Source of the DNA: Candidatus Enterenecus stercoripullorum
Lineage (GTDB): Bacteria; Bacillota; Clostridia; Oscillospirales; Oscillospiraceae
Assembly (NCBI GenBank): GCA_018716015.1
Contig: DVKM01000036.1
Location: forward strand, 1,566 to 65,565
Length of the DNA stretch: 64,000 bases
Reading direction: 5' to 3'
The notes beneath the pieces were generated by a model. It saw nothing but the letters and a program-made list of their open reading frames with translations, did not search any database and was not told where the DNA came from. The position numbers and the translations under genes are program-made. Each line of letters opens with the position of its first letter. The first letter of the stretch is position 1. Shown here piece by piece: positions 37,472 to 46,159 of the stretch.

Positions 37472-39040
37472 TTAACCTCGTTTTCTCATTCGTTGGGCCA
37501 GCGCGCCCAAGGCCAGCTTCATCTCAGGCACCCGAAGCAGAGCCGCCAGCAGGAAATAGGCCAGGGCGCCCGCCCCAGCGCACAGCCCCAGTAGGACCGC
37601 TTCTCCCAGCTTGCCCGCCGGCAGGATCCCGGCCAGCCCCTCCCGGACCAGCCACACAACCGCAGCCATTCCCACGGCGGACAGCAACATTTTGCCCAAG
37701 TCTATCAGGAACCGCCCGGACAGCACCCCCTCCCCCCGCGCTTCCAGGGGAATGAGCAGCAGCACTGCGTAAAGGGTGGAGGACGCCGTGGAGGAGATAG
37801 CAAGGCCGGCCACCCCCAGAGGCTGGGTGAGCACCATGCACAGGCCGAAGTTGACCAGAATGGACACGCCCCCGGCAATGAGCGGAGCCCTGCCCTCCTG
37901 TCTGGCAAAATAGGCGCGGCTTAGGATGTTCTGTAAACCATATCCCACCATCCCCAGGGACACCCACACCAGGGCCTGGGAGGTGATGTCCACGGAGAAG
38001 GCGTCAAACTCTCCCCCCCCGTACAGGAAGGACACCAGGGGCCGGGCCAGCAGCATCAGCCCCGCCGCCATCGGCAGCACGAGAAACAGACTGCTGTGCA
38101 CCGTCTGACGCAGGGTGTCCCGGAAGGCCTGCTGTTGGTGCTGGGCAGTGAGGCGGGAGAGTTTTGGGAAGATCACGTTGGTGATGGACAGGACAAACAC
38201 CCCGGCAATCACCAGGTACAGGTTGGTGGAGTACTCCATGGCGGACACCCCCGCCCCGTCGTACAGGTAGGAGCCAAAGCGGCTGTTGATGGTCAGGTTG
38301 ATGGGCTGCACCCAGGTGGACACCATCACCGGCCCCATCAGGGCAAAGGCTTGGCGCATCCCCTCCGACCGGAAGGAGAAGTCCGGGTGGTAGCGAAACC
38401 CCACCTGTTTCAGGGAGGGCACCTGCACCAGGGCCTGGAGCAGCCAGCCCACCAGGTAGGCCGCCGCCAGGCCGTACACGCCGTAGTCCGCGTCCAGAAA
38501 GTAGAAGTAGCCGATGATGACCAGATTGGACACCACGCTGATCAGCGCGGGGACATTGAACCGGTCCATGGCCTGTAAAATGCCCACAAAGGAGAAAGCC
38601 ACGCCGGTGAAGAGCACCGTGGGGAACATCACCCGGGTGAGTGACACGGCCAGGGCCGCGGTCTGGCCGTCGTACCCGTCGGCAAACAGGGTAACCAGGG
38701 GCTGGGCCAGCAGGATGCCCACCACGGTAAGCGCCGCGGTGAGCAGTCCCATCACCGACAGGAAGTTTCCCCCGAACCGGAACGCCGCGTCCTTGCCCTT
38801 TTTTGCCATGGTCTGGCTGAACACCGGGATGAAGCAGGCCGCGATGGCCGAGGCAAACACCACGTCAAAAAAGACTCTCGGAATCCGGCTGGCGGTATAG
38901 AACGCCTTGGCCTCCATCCCGGCGGTGCCGTAGTGGACCGCCATCAGGCGGTCCCGGAAAAGCCCCAGCGCCTTCCCCACCAGCGTGATTGCCATGACCG
39001 TGCTGATGGCGCGGGTGGAATGGTCCCTCTCCTTTGCCAA
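37472..39040 (-). CDS. murJ: MurJ/MviN-family flippase
   Basis: LG.FRD..MA..YG, FIPVF, IFPKLS and GG.FD motifs; TTG start. It may flip the locus glycan rather than lipid II. Confidence 0.85.
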   Translation of the reverse strand: MAKERDHSTRAISTVMAITLVGKALGLFRDRLMAVHYGTAGMEAKAFYTASRIPRVFFDVVFASAIAACFIPVFSQTMAKKGKDAAFRFGGNFLSVMGLLTAALTVVGILLAQPLVTLFADGYDGQTAALAVSLTRVMFPTVLFTGVAFSFVGILQAMDRFNVPALISVVSNLVIIGYFYFLDADYGVYGLAAAYLVGWLLQALVQVPSLKQVGFRYHPDFSFRSEGMRQAFALMGPVMVSTWVQPINLTINSRFGSYLYDGAGVSAMEYSTNLYLVIAGVFVLSITNVIFPKLSRLTAQHQQQAFRDTLRQTVHSSLFLVLPMAAGLMLLARPLVSFLYGGGEFDAFSVDITSQALVWVSLGMVGYGLQNILSRAYFARQEGRAPLIAGGVSILVNFGLCMVLTQPLGVAGLAISSTASSTLYAVLLLIPLEARGEGVLSGRFLIDLGKMLLSAVGMAAVVWLVREGLAGILPAGKLGEAVLLGLCAGAGALAYFLLAALLRVPEMKLALGALAQRMRKRG

Positions 39041-39309
39041 GCCCCTCGCTCCTTTCTTTCCCCGCGGAAAATCAATCGGTTTATTGTACACCAACCCCTG
39101 CCCTTTTTCAACCGTTCTTCCTCAGATTCACGCCTTGTTCATACTTTTTCCACCCCCTTCCTCTTTTCACCATCTCTTGTGGTCTGAATTGCACATTTCC
39201 CCATAATATGCTATAATAATTGATACTTCCCGTGTCCTGCTCCCTTCCGGGACCTGTCTCAGCCGCCCCACGGGACGGCCAACTCTCTACATCATCAAAG
39301 GAGCCTGCC

Positions 39310-42102
39310 ATGAATCGCAACACCATTCAGCGCCTGTCCCGGCGCGCCCTTGCCCTTGTCCTGGCCGCGGCGCTGCTGTTCCCAACTGCCTTTGCCGCCG
39401 CCGGCACCCCGCAGCTCACCACCACCCAAACCCTGGCCGACGGCCTGACCTATCGTAACACCGTCTCCAGCCATTCCTCCGCCGGCCGGGTGGAGAGCTT
39501 CGCCCTGGAGCTGGAGCCGGGCAGCGGTATCTACCCCATCGCCGTCCAGGGCAGCGGCAACATTTACGGCTCGGGCACCATCACCCGAGCCGTCCAGCTG
39601 GCCGAGAACATGGGCTACCAGGTGGTGGGCGGCATCAACGGCGACTTCTATACCCTCAGCACCGGGGTGCCCAACGGGCTGTCCATTGAGAACGGCGTCT
39701 ACCGCTCCAGCTCGGGGGGCTATCCCGCCGTGGCCATGGTAGGCGGCCAGCTCCAGCTGTGCCAGTCCCCCCAGATCGCCATCACCCTGACCAACCAGCG
39801 CACCGGGCGGGCGGACAGCCCCGACCACTTCAACAAGTGGCGGGACTATGACGGGGGACTGTACCTGTTCAACGCTGACTTCTCCTCCTCCACCCGCACC
39901 CAGGGCTCCGGCGGCTGGGTGGTGGTGCTGGAGCTGACGCCGGACAGCCAGGGCGCCAGCCTCACCGTCAACTCCACCCTGACCTTGGAGGTGGCGTCTG
40001 TCACCGATACCTCCCAGGCGGTGGATATTGGGGCAAACCAGTACATCCTCACCGCCGACCACGCCTCCTCCACCGCCGAGTTCTTTGCCGGATACGAGGT
40101 GGGGGACCGGGTGACCCTGACCACCTCCTGCTTTGATCCCACGCTCTCCCAGGCCCAGTGGGCCATGGGCTGCGGGGATGTTCTGGTCTCCAATGGTTCC
40201 ATCACCGACAGCTCCAACTGGGTCTACCCCACCGGGCGGGCCCCCCGCACCAGCGTGGGCATCAAGGCCGACGGCACCATGGTATTCTACACGGTGGACG
40301 GCCGTCAGACCGGCTACTCCGGCGGCCTGACGGAAATGGACCTGGCCCAGGAGATGCAGCGCCAGGGCTGCGTGTGGGCGGTCAACCTGGACGGGGGCGG
40401 CTCCACCACCTTCTGCGTGCAGCTGCCCGGCCAGAGCGGCCCCGCCGTGGCCAACTCCCCCTCCGACGGCGGCCTGCGCGCCTGCGCGTCCTTCCTCCTG
40501 CTGGTCACCGACTCCGGCTCGGCCAGCGGCGGCGCCCAGCGGCTTGCCCTGGCGGAGGACGGCCTGGTGGTGCTGGCCGGTTCCTCCGTCACCCTGGGGA
40601 ACGTGGTCAGCGTGAACGGCGGTTTGGAGACGGTAAACTACCGGGTCGCCGACGCGGCCTTTTCCTCCCAGGGCGGCCTGGGCAGCTTTGACGGCGGGGT
40701 CTACACCGCCGGGACTACCCCGGGGACGGACACCATTTCCATCACCTCCCCCTCCCTGGGCGTTTCCGGCACCGCCCAGATCCATGTGGTCAGCTCCCTG
40801 AGCACTTTGAGCGTCACCCGGGCGGGAAGTACCACCGCAATCTCCTCGCTGAGCGTGGAACCCGGGCAGAGCGTGGCCCTGTCCGCCACCGGCGCCTACT
40901 GGTCCCGCACCGCCCTGCGCGCCAGCTCCGGTGGGGTGCACTGGTCGGTCACCGGCGATGCGGGCACCATTACCCAAAACGGCGTGTTCACCGCCTCCAG
41001 CAGCGGCGCGCCCGGCACCATCACCGTCACCGCCGGCGGCCTGACCCGCACCATCGCCGTCAACGAGGGCCGATATGTCCACACCGATGTCACCCCCGAT
41101 CACTGGTCCTACGCAGCGGTGGAGTTCTGCTATCAGCAGGGTATCGTCAATGGCATTTCTTCCACCCTGTTCGGCCGGGATGAGCCCATTCGCCGGTGCG
41201 ATTTCGTGGTCATGCTCTATAACGCCATGGACAAGCCCTTGGTATCCGGCTCCTCCGGTTTTTCCGATGTGCGCGACGGCGTGTACTACGCCAACGCCGT
41301 TACCTGGGGCAGCGGCGCCGGCCTGGTTTTGGGCACAGGCGCGGGCCTCTTCTCCCCCTCGGACTCCATCACCCGGGAGCAGGCGGCCACCATTCTCTAC
41401 CGGGCCATGCCCCTGCTGGGGTTGTACACGCCGGGGGCCGATCTGTCCATCCTGAACCAGTTTTCCGATCAGGCCCAGATCGCCAGCTATGCCCGGGCCC
41501 CCTTGGCCGTACTGGTCTCCCTGGGCATTTTCAACGGCACCGGCTCCGGCCTGAATCCCAAGGGCAATCTGACCCGGGCCGAGATGGCCGCCCTGCTCTA
41601 CCGCCTGCTGGCCAATCCAGATGACATCCCCGATCTGCCCCAGCTGGGACCTGACGCCTCCCTCTCCCTCAGCCAGACCTCGGGCACGCTGGCCCCCTCC
41701 CAGACGCTTCGCCTCACCGCCACCCTCACCGGCGGCGACAGCGCCATCACCTGGACTTCCAGCAATCCCTCGGTGGCCGTGGTCTCCTCCGACGGCACCG
41801 TCACCAACGTGTATACCGGCGTGGGCGCGCCCTCGGTGACCATCACCGCCCACTGCGGCCCGCTGAGCGCCAGCGCGGTCCTGCAATGCTCCCCCGCCGA
41901 AACGGTGGGCCTTGTCACCGCCAGCCCCAGCCTGAACGTCCGCTCCGGCCCCGGCACAGGGTACCCGGTGATCGGCAGTTTGCGCTCCGGCGCTCAGGTG
42001 GCCGTGCTGGGCGCTGACTCGGGCTGGTATCAGGTGCTGTTTGCCAGCGGCTCGTCCGCCGTCACCGGCTGGGTATCCTCCAGCTACGTCGCCCTTTCAT
42101 AG
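39310..42102 (+). CDS. Surface protein: phosphodiester glycosidase (NAGPA-like) + Ig-like + 3 SLH + Big_2 + SH3b
   Basis: Signal peptide; GINGDF, PRT.VG, VDGRQ and NLDGGGS; SLH motifs IRRCD, ITREQ and LTRAE; WTSSNPSVA; LNVRSGPG..GWV. Confidence 0.88.
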   Translation: MNRNTIQRLSRRALALVLAAALLFPTAFAAAGTPQLTTTQTLADGLTYRNTVSSHSSAGRVESFALELEPGSGIYPIAVQGSGNIYGSGTITRAVQLAENMGYQVVGGINGDFYTLSTGVPNGLSIENGVYRSSSGGYPAVAMVGGQLQLCQSPQIAITLTNQRTGRADSPDHFNKWRDYDGGLYLFNADFSSSTRTQGSGGWVVVLELTPDSQGASLTVNSTLTLEVASVTDTSQAVDIGANQYILTADHASSTAEFFAGYEVGDRVTLTTSCFDPTLSQAQWAMGCGDVLVSNGSITDSSNWVYPTGRAPRTSVGIKADGTMVFYTVDGRQTGYSGGLTEMDLAQEMQRQGCVWAVNLDGGGSTTFCVQLPGQSGPAVANSPSDGGLRACASFLLLVTDSGSASGGAQRLALAEDGLVVLAGSSVTLGNVVSVNGGLETVNYRVADAAFSSQGGLGSFDGGVYTAGTTPGTDTISITSPSLGVSGTAQIHVVSSLSTLSVTRAGSTTAISSLSVEPGQSVALSATGAYWSRTALRASSGGVHWSVTGDAGTITQNGVFTASSSGAPGTITVTAGGLTRTIAVNEGRYVHTDVTPDHWSYAAVEFCYQQGIVNGISSTLFGRDEPIRRCDFVVMLYNAMDKPLVSGSSGFSDVRDGVYYANAVTWGSGAGLVLGTGAGLFSPSDSITREQAATILYRAMPLLGLYTPGADLSILNQFSDQAQIASYARAPLAVLVSLGIFNGTGSGLNPKGNLTRAEMAALLYRLLANPDDIPDLPQLGPDASLSLSQTSGTLAPSQTLRLTATLTGGDSAITWTSSNPSVAVVSSDGTVTNVYTGVGAPSVTITAHCGPLSASAVLQCSPAETVGLVTASPSLNVRSGPGTGYPVIGSLRSGAQVAVLGADSGWYQVLFASGSSAVTGWVSSSYVALS

Positions 42103-42261
42103 TCCCGGGGACCGGCTGGGTAGAGCGCGCTCCAGTCCTCCCCGTAAGGCCCTTCGCGCCCCGGGCCCGCCGATGACGGCGGGCCCGGGGCCTTTTTCTG
42201 CCTTGGAAGGGAGCCAGCCTGTGCTTCCCGGCTTCCGCCAGTCAAAAATTCTCCTGGTTTC

Positions 42262-42303
42262 GTTGTTATAACAACAGAAAGATAGCCAGACAGCAGGTAT
42301 GAT
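42262..42303 (+). promoter_or_regulatory. Crp/Fnr (HcpR)-type activator site and -10 of hcp
   Basis: Perfect palindrome GTTGTTATAACAAC (42262-42275) and TATGAT (42298-42303). Confidence 0.65.
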
Positions 42304-42377
42304 GTACCAGAAAGCAGAGTGAACCGATGGGAACAAGCCTTATCTATAGTCTAAAATTTATCCGGGAGGGAATTTAA

Positions 42378-44027
42378 ATGGAACATAAAATGTTTTGCTT
42401 TCAGTGCCAGGAGACCGCGGGGTGCAGCGGCTGCACTCAGGTGGGTGTGTGCGGCAAGACCGCTGACGTGGCCGCCATGCAGGACCTGCTGGTAGAGGTG
42501 ACCAAGGGGCTGTCCGCCGTCACCACCCAGCTGCGCAAGGAGGGCCAGGAGGTCTCCGCCGAAATCAACCACATGGTGACGTGGAACCTGTTTTCCACCA
42601 TCACCAACGCCAACTTCGACCTGGACGTGATGGTGGACCATGTCAAGCGGACCATCGCCCAGACCCAGCGGCTGCTGCCGCTGGTGAAGGATCAGGGCGC
42701 CCTGCCCGAGATCTCCTTCTGGAACGAGGGGGAGCAGGCCTTCCCCGCCAAGGCGGCCACCGTGGGCGTGCTGTCCACGGCCAACGAGGACGTGCGCAGC
42801 CTGCGGGAGCTGATCACCTACGGCATCAAGGGGCTGTCCGCCTACACCAAGCACGCCAACGCCCTGCTCCGGGAGGATGAGGAGATCGACGCCTTCATCC
42901 AGAGGGGGCTGGCCGCCACACTGGACGACTCCCTCACCGTGGATGAGCTGATCGCCCTGACCATGGAGACGGGGAAGTACGGCGTTTCCGGCATGGCCCT
43001 GCTGGACGAGGCCAACACCGCCGCCTACGGGAATCCGGAGATCAGCAAGGTCAATCTGGGGGTGCGCAACCGCCCGGGTATCCTGGTCTCCGGCCACGAC
43101 CTGAAGGACCTGGAGATGCTGCTGGAGCAGACTCAGGGCACCGGCGTAGACGTGTACACCCACTCCGAGATGCTGCCCGCCCACTACTACCCCGCCTTCA
43201 AGAAGTACGACCACTTCGTGGGCAACTACGGCAATGCCTGGTGGCAGCAACAGCAGGAGTTTGAGTCCTTCAACGGCCCCATCCTCATGACCACCAACTG
43301 CATCGTGACCCCCAGGGACAGCTACAAGGACCGGATGTACACCACCGGTGCGGCGGGCTACCCGGGGTGTAAGTACATCCCCGGCGAAGTGGGGGAGAAG
43401 AAGGACTTCTCCGCGCTGATCGAGCACGCCAAGCGCTGTCAGCCCCCCGTCCAGCTGGAGACCGGCGAGATCGTGGGCGGCTTTGCCCACGCCCAGGTGC
43501 TGGCCCTGGCCGACCAGGTAGTGGATGCGGTCAAGTCCGGCGCCATCAAAAAGTTCGTGGTCATGGCCGGCTGCGACGGCCGGGCCAAGCGCCGCAGCTA
43601 CTACACCGACTTTGCCAAGGCCCTGCCCCAGGACACCGTGATCCTCACCGCCGGCTGCGCCAAGTACCGCTACAACAAGCTGGACCTAGGCGAGATCGGC
43701 GGCATCCCCCGGGTGCTGGACGCCGGCCAGTGCAACGATTCCTACTCCCTGGCGGTCATCGCCCTGAAGCTCAAAGAAGTCTTTGGCCTGGAGGACGTCA
43801 ACCAGCTGCCCATCATCTACAACATCGCCTGGTATGAGCAGAAGGCGGTCATCGTGCTGCTGTCGCTGCTCTACCTGGGCGTGAAGAACATCCATCTGGG
43901 CCCCACCCTGCCCGCCTTCCTCAGCCCCAACGTGGCCAAGGTGCTGGTGGAACAGTTTGGCATTGCCGGCATCGGCACTGTGGAGGACGACATGAAGCTG
44001 TTCTTCAGCGAGGCCGCGCTGGCCTGA
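42378..44027 (+). CDS. hcp: Hybrid cluster protein (hydroxylamine reductase)
   Basis: MFCFQCQE...GC...GVCGK, SGHDL, THSEMLP, GCDG, DAGQCND and WYEQKA motifs. Confidence 0.97.
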   Translation: MEHKMFCFQCQETAGCSGCTQVGVCGKTADVAAMQDLLVEVTKGLSAVTTQLRKEGQEVSAEINHMVTWNLFSTITNANFDLDVMVDHVKRTIAQTQRLLPLVKDQGALPEISFWNEGEQAFPAKAATVGVLSTANEDVRSLRELITYGIKGLSAYTKHANALLREDEEIDAFIQRGLAATLDDSLTVDELIALTMETGKYGVSGMALLDEANTAAYGNPEISKVNLGVRNRPGILVSGHDLKDLEMLLEQTQGTGVDVYTHSEMLPAHYYPAFKKYDHFVGNYGNAWWQQQQEFESFNGPILMTTNCIVTPRDSYKDRMYTTGAAGYPGCKYIPGEVGEKKDFSALIEHAKRCQPPVQLETGEIVGGFAHAQVLALADQVVDAVKSGAIKKFVVMAGCDGRAKRRSYYTDFAKALPQDTVILTAGCAKYRYNKLDLGEIGGIPRVLDAGQCNDSYSLAVIALKLKEVFGLEDVNQLPIIYNIAWYEQKAVIVLLSLLYLGVKNIHLGPTLPAFLSPNVAKVLVEQFGIAGIGTVEDDMKLFFSEAALA

Positions 44028-44048
44028 GCTCGTCCCCATTCCCCTTCC

Positions 44049-44084
44049 GAAGCCCGCTGAAATCCCCGGATTTCAGCGGGCTTC
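44049..44084 (+). terminator. Terminator hairpin after hcp
   Basis: GAAGCCCGCTGAAATCC..GGATTTCAGCGGGCTTC. Confidence 0.7.
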
Positions 44085-44234
44085 CCCCATTTTCTCCCGG
44101 CCGGTCCGCCGCCGGGCGGCTCCCCCCACTCCCGCGAAAGTGGTTGACGAATAATCGTTTATGTTATATTTTAGAAGGAGCATTCAACTGTTTCCGCCGG
44201 TTCCGGCGTTGGATTGGAAAGGGGATTGCCCAAT

Positions 44235-45173
44235 ATGAAAGAACAGGAAGTCATTCAGCGCATCCTCGCCGAGGTGCGCAAAGCGGTGCTGGGCAAGGGC
44301 CCGGTGCTGGTCCGGGTGCTGCTGGCCATCCTGGCCCGGGGCCACGTCCTGCTGGAGGACATCCCCGGCGTAGGCAAGACCACCATGGCCCTGGCCTTCT
44401 CGAAGGCTCTGGGCTTGCAGTATAAGCGGGTCCAGTTCACCCCCGACGTCATGCCCTCAGACCTGACCGGCTTTTCCATCTTCAACCGGGAGACCGGGGC
44501 CTTTGACTATCACCCCGGCGCGCTGATGTGCAACCTCTTCCTGGCCGACGAGCTCAATCGGGCCACCAGCCGTACCCAGTCCGCCCTGCTGGAGGCCATG
44601 GAGGAGGGGCAGGTGACGGTGGACGGGGTGTCCCGCCCCATCGGCCAGCCCTTTGTGGTCATTGCCACCCAGAACCCCGTGGGCGCCGCCGGCACCCAGC
44701 CCCTGCCCGACTCCCAGCTGGACCGTTTTGCCATCCGCCTGTCTCTGGGCTATCCCTCCCACCGGGCGGAAGTGGCCATGGTGCGAGAGCATCAGGCGGG
44801 CAATCCCCTGGACCGGGTGGAGCAGGTGGCCGACCACGCCCAGCTGGAGGGGCTGCGCCAGGCGGCGGACCGGGTCTACCTGTCCGATGATGTGCTGGAT
44901 TATCTGCTCCAGCTGGTTGAGGCCACCCGGCAGCATCCCCTGATTCTTCAGGGAGCCAGCCCCCGGGCCACTCTGTCCCTGACCAGCGTCAGCCGGGCTC
45001 TGGCCCTGGCCTCCGGCCGGGACTATGTGACCCCGGAGGATGTGCAGGCCATGTTCCGCGACGTCATCGTCCACCGGCTGGTCTTCGCCCCCAAGGCTGG
45101 GGCCACTGAGCAGTCCCGGGAAGATCTGCTCTCTCAGCTCATGCGCGGCGTGAAGGCCCCCCGGCTACGGTAG
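44235..45173 (+). CDS. MoxR-family AAA+ ATPase
   Basis: GHVLLEDIPGVGKT, R.QFTPD, ADELNR..TQSALLEAM and ATQNP motifs. Confidence 0.93.
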   Translation: MKEQEVIQRILAEVRKAVLGKGPVLVRVLLAILARGHVLLEDIPGVGKTTMALAFSKALGLQYKRVQFTPDVMPSDLTGFSIFNRETGAFDYHPGALMCNLFLADELNRATSRTQSALLEAMEEGQVTVDGVSRPIGQPFVVIATQNPVGAAGTQPLPDSQLDRFAIRLSLGYPSHRAEVAMVREHQAGNPLDRVEQVADHAQLEGLRQAADRVYLSDDVLDYLLQLVEATRQHPLILQGASPRATLSLTSVSRALALASGRDYVTPEDVQAMFRDVIVHRLVFAPKAGATEQSREDLLSQLMRGVKAPRLR

Positions 45174-45175
45174 CC

Positions 45176-46159
45176 ATGGCTGGACGGCGCATTGTCTACG
45201 GGGCCGCCCTGCTGGCCGCCCTGGCCTTTCAGATCTTCTATGACGGCTATCTGGCCCAGTTCCTGCTGGTGTGCGTGATTGCCCTGCCCATTCTCTCCCT
45301 GCTGCTGAGCCTGCCGGGCCTGCTGAGCCTGCGGCTGAGCCTGTCTGTCTCCGGTCCACAGCTTCTCCGGGGCCAGCCGGGGCAGTGGCAAGTATCAGCG
45401 GAAAACGCCGCCCCCTTCCCCATCGCCCGGCTGACCCTGCGTCTCCGCCTTCAAAATGCGTTCACGGGGAGCGCGCGGCAGGAGCGCTTTCGGGCCGTGG
45501 GGTTGTCCGGCGGCCAGTCCCGGACTTTCCCGGTGGACTGCGGGCACTGCGGCGTTCTCACCTGCCAGGTCACCAGAGTCAAAGCCTTAGATTTTCTCGG
45601 CCTGTTCTCCTTCCCCGCCGGGGTACCCGGCCTCGCCCAGACGGTTGTCCTGCCCGAGCCCGCCCCCCTGGAGGCGCTGCCGGAGCTGGAGCATATTTTG
45701 GCCCAGATTGGCGCCCGCCCCGGCCCGGGGCAGGAGGGCGAGGACTACGAAGTGCGCGGCTACCGCCCCGGCGATCCCATCCGCTCCATCCACTGGAAGC
45801 TGTCCTCCAAGTACGATGAGCTGGTGGTGCGGGAGCGGCTGAAGAGCGACCGGCCCCAGGTGGCGCTGTCCTTCGACCTGTTCGGCCCCCCGGAGCGGCT
45901 GGACCAGGTGCTGGCCCGCCTGTGGACCGCCTCCCTCTCCCTGATCCAGCGGGAGATCCCCCATGCGCTTTGCTGGCTGGGCCCGGACGGCCAGACCAAC
46001 GCAGAACCCGTGGCCTCCCAGGCCCAGCTGCTGGACTGCATGACCCGCATCCTCTCCCGCCGGGCGCCAGAGGGAAAACCCCAGACGGCCTGGGAACTCC
46101 AGGACGTCCTCGGCCTGCCCCGCTTTCACATCACCGCCGGAGAGGGGGACACACCATGA
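45176..46159 (+). CDS. DUF58 protein with N-terminal TM
   Basis: R.YRPGDPIRSIHWKLS.K...L.VRE motif. Confidence 0.9.
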   Translation: MAGRRIVYGAALLAALAFQIFYDGYLAQFLLVCVIALPILSLLLSLPGLLSLRLSLSVSGPQLLRGQPGQWQVSAENAAPFPIARLTLRLRLQNAFTGSARQERFRAVGLSGGQSRTFPVDCGHCGVLTCQVTRVKALDFLGLFSFPAGVPGLAQTVVLPEPAPLEALPELEHILAQIGARPGPGQEGEDYEVRGYRPGDPIRSIHWKLSSKYDELVVRERLKSDRPQVALSFDLFGPPERLDQVLARLWTASLSLIQREIPHALCWLGPDGQTNAEPVASQAQLLDCMTRILSRRAPEGKPQTAWELQDVLGLPRFHITAGEGDTP

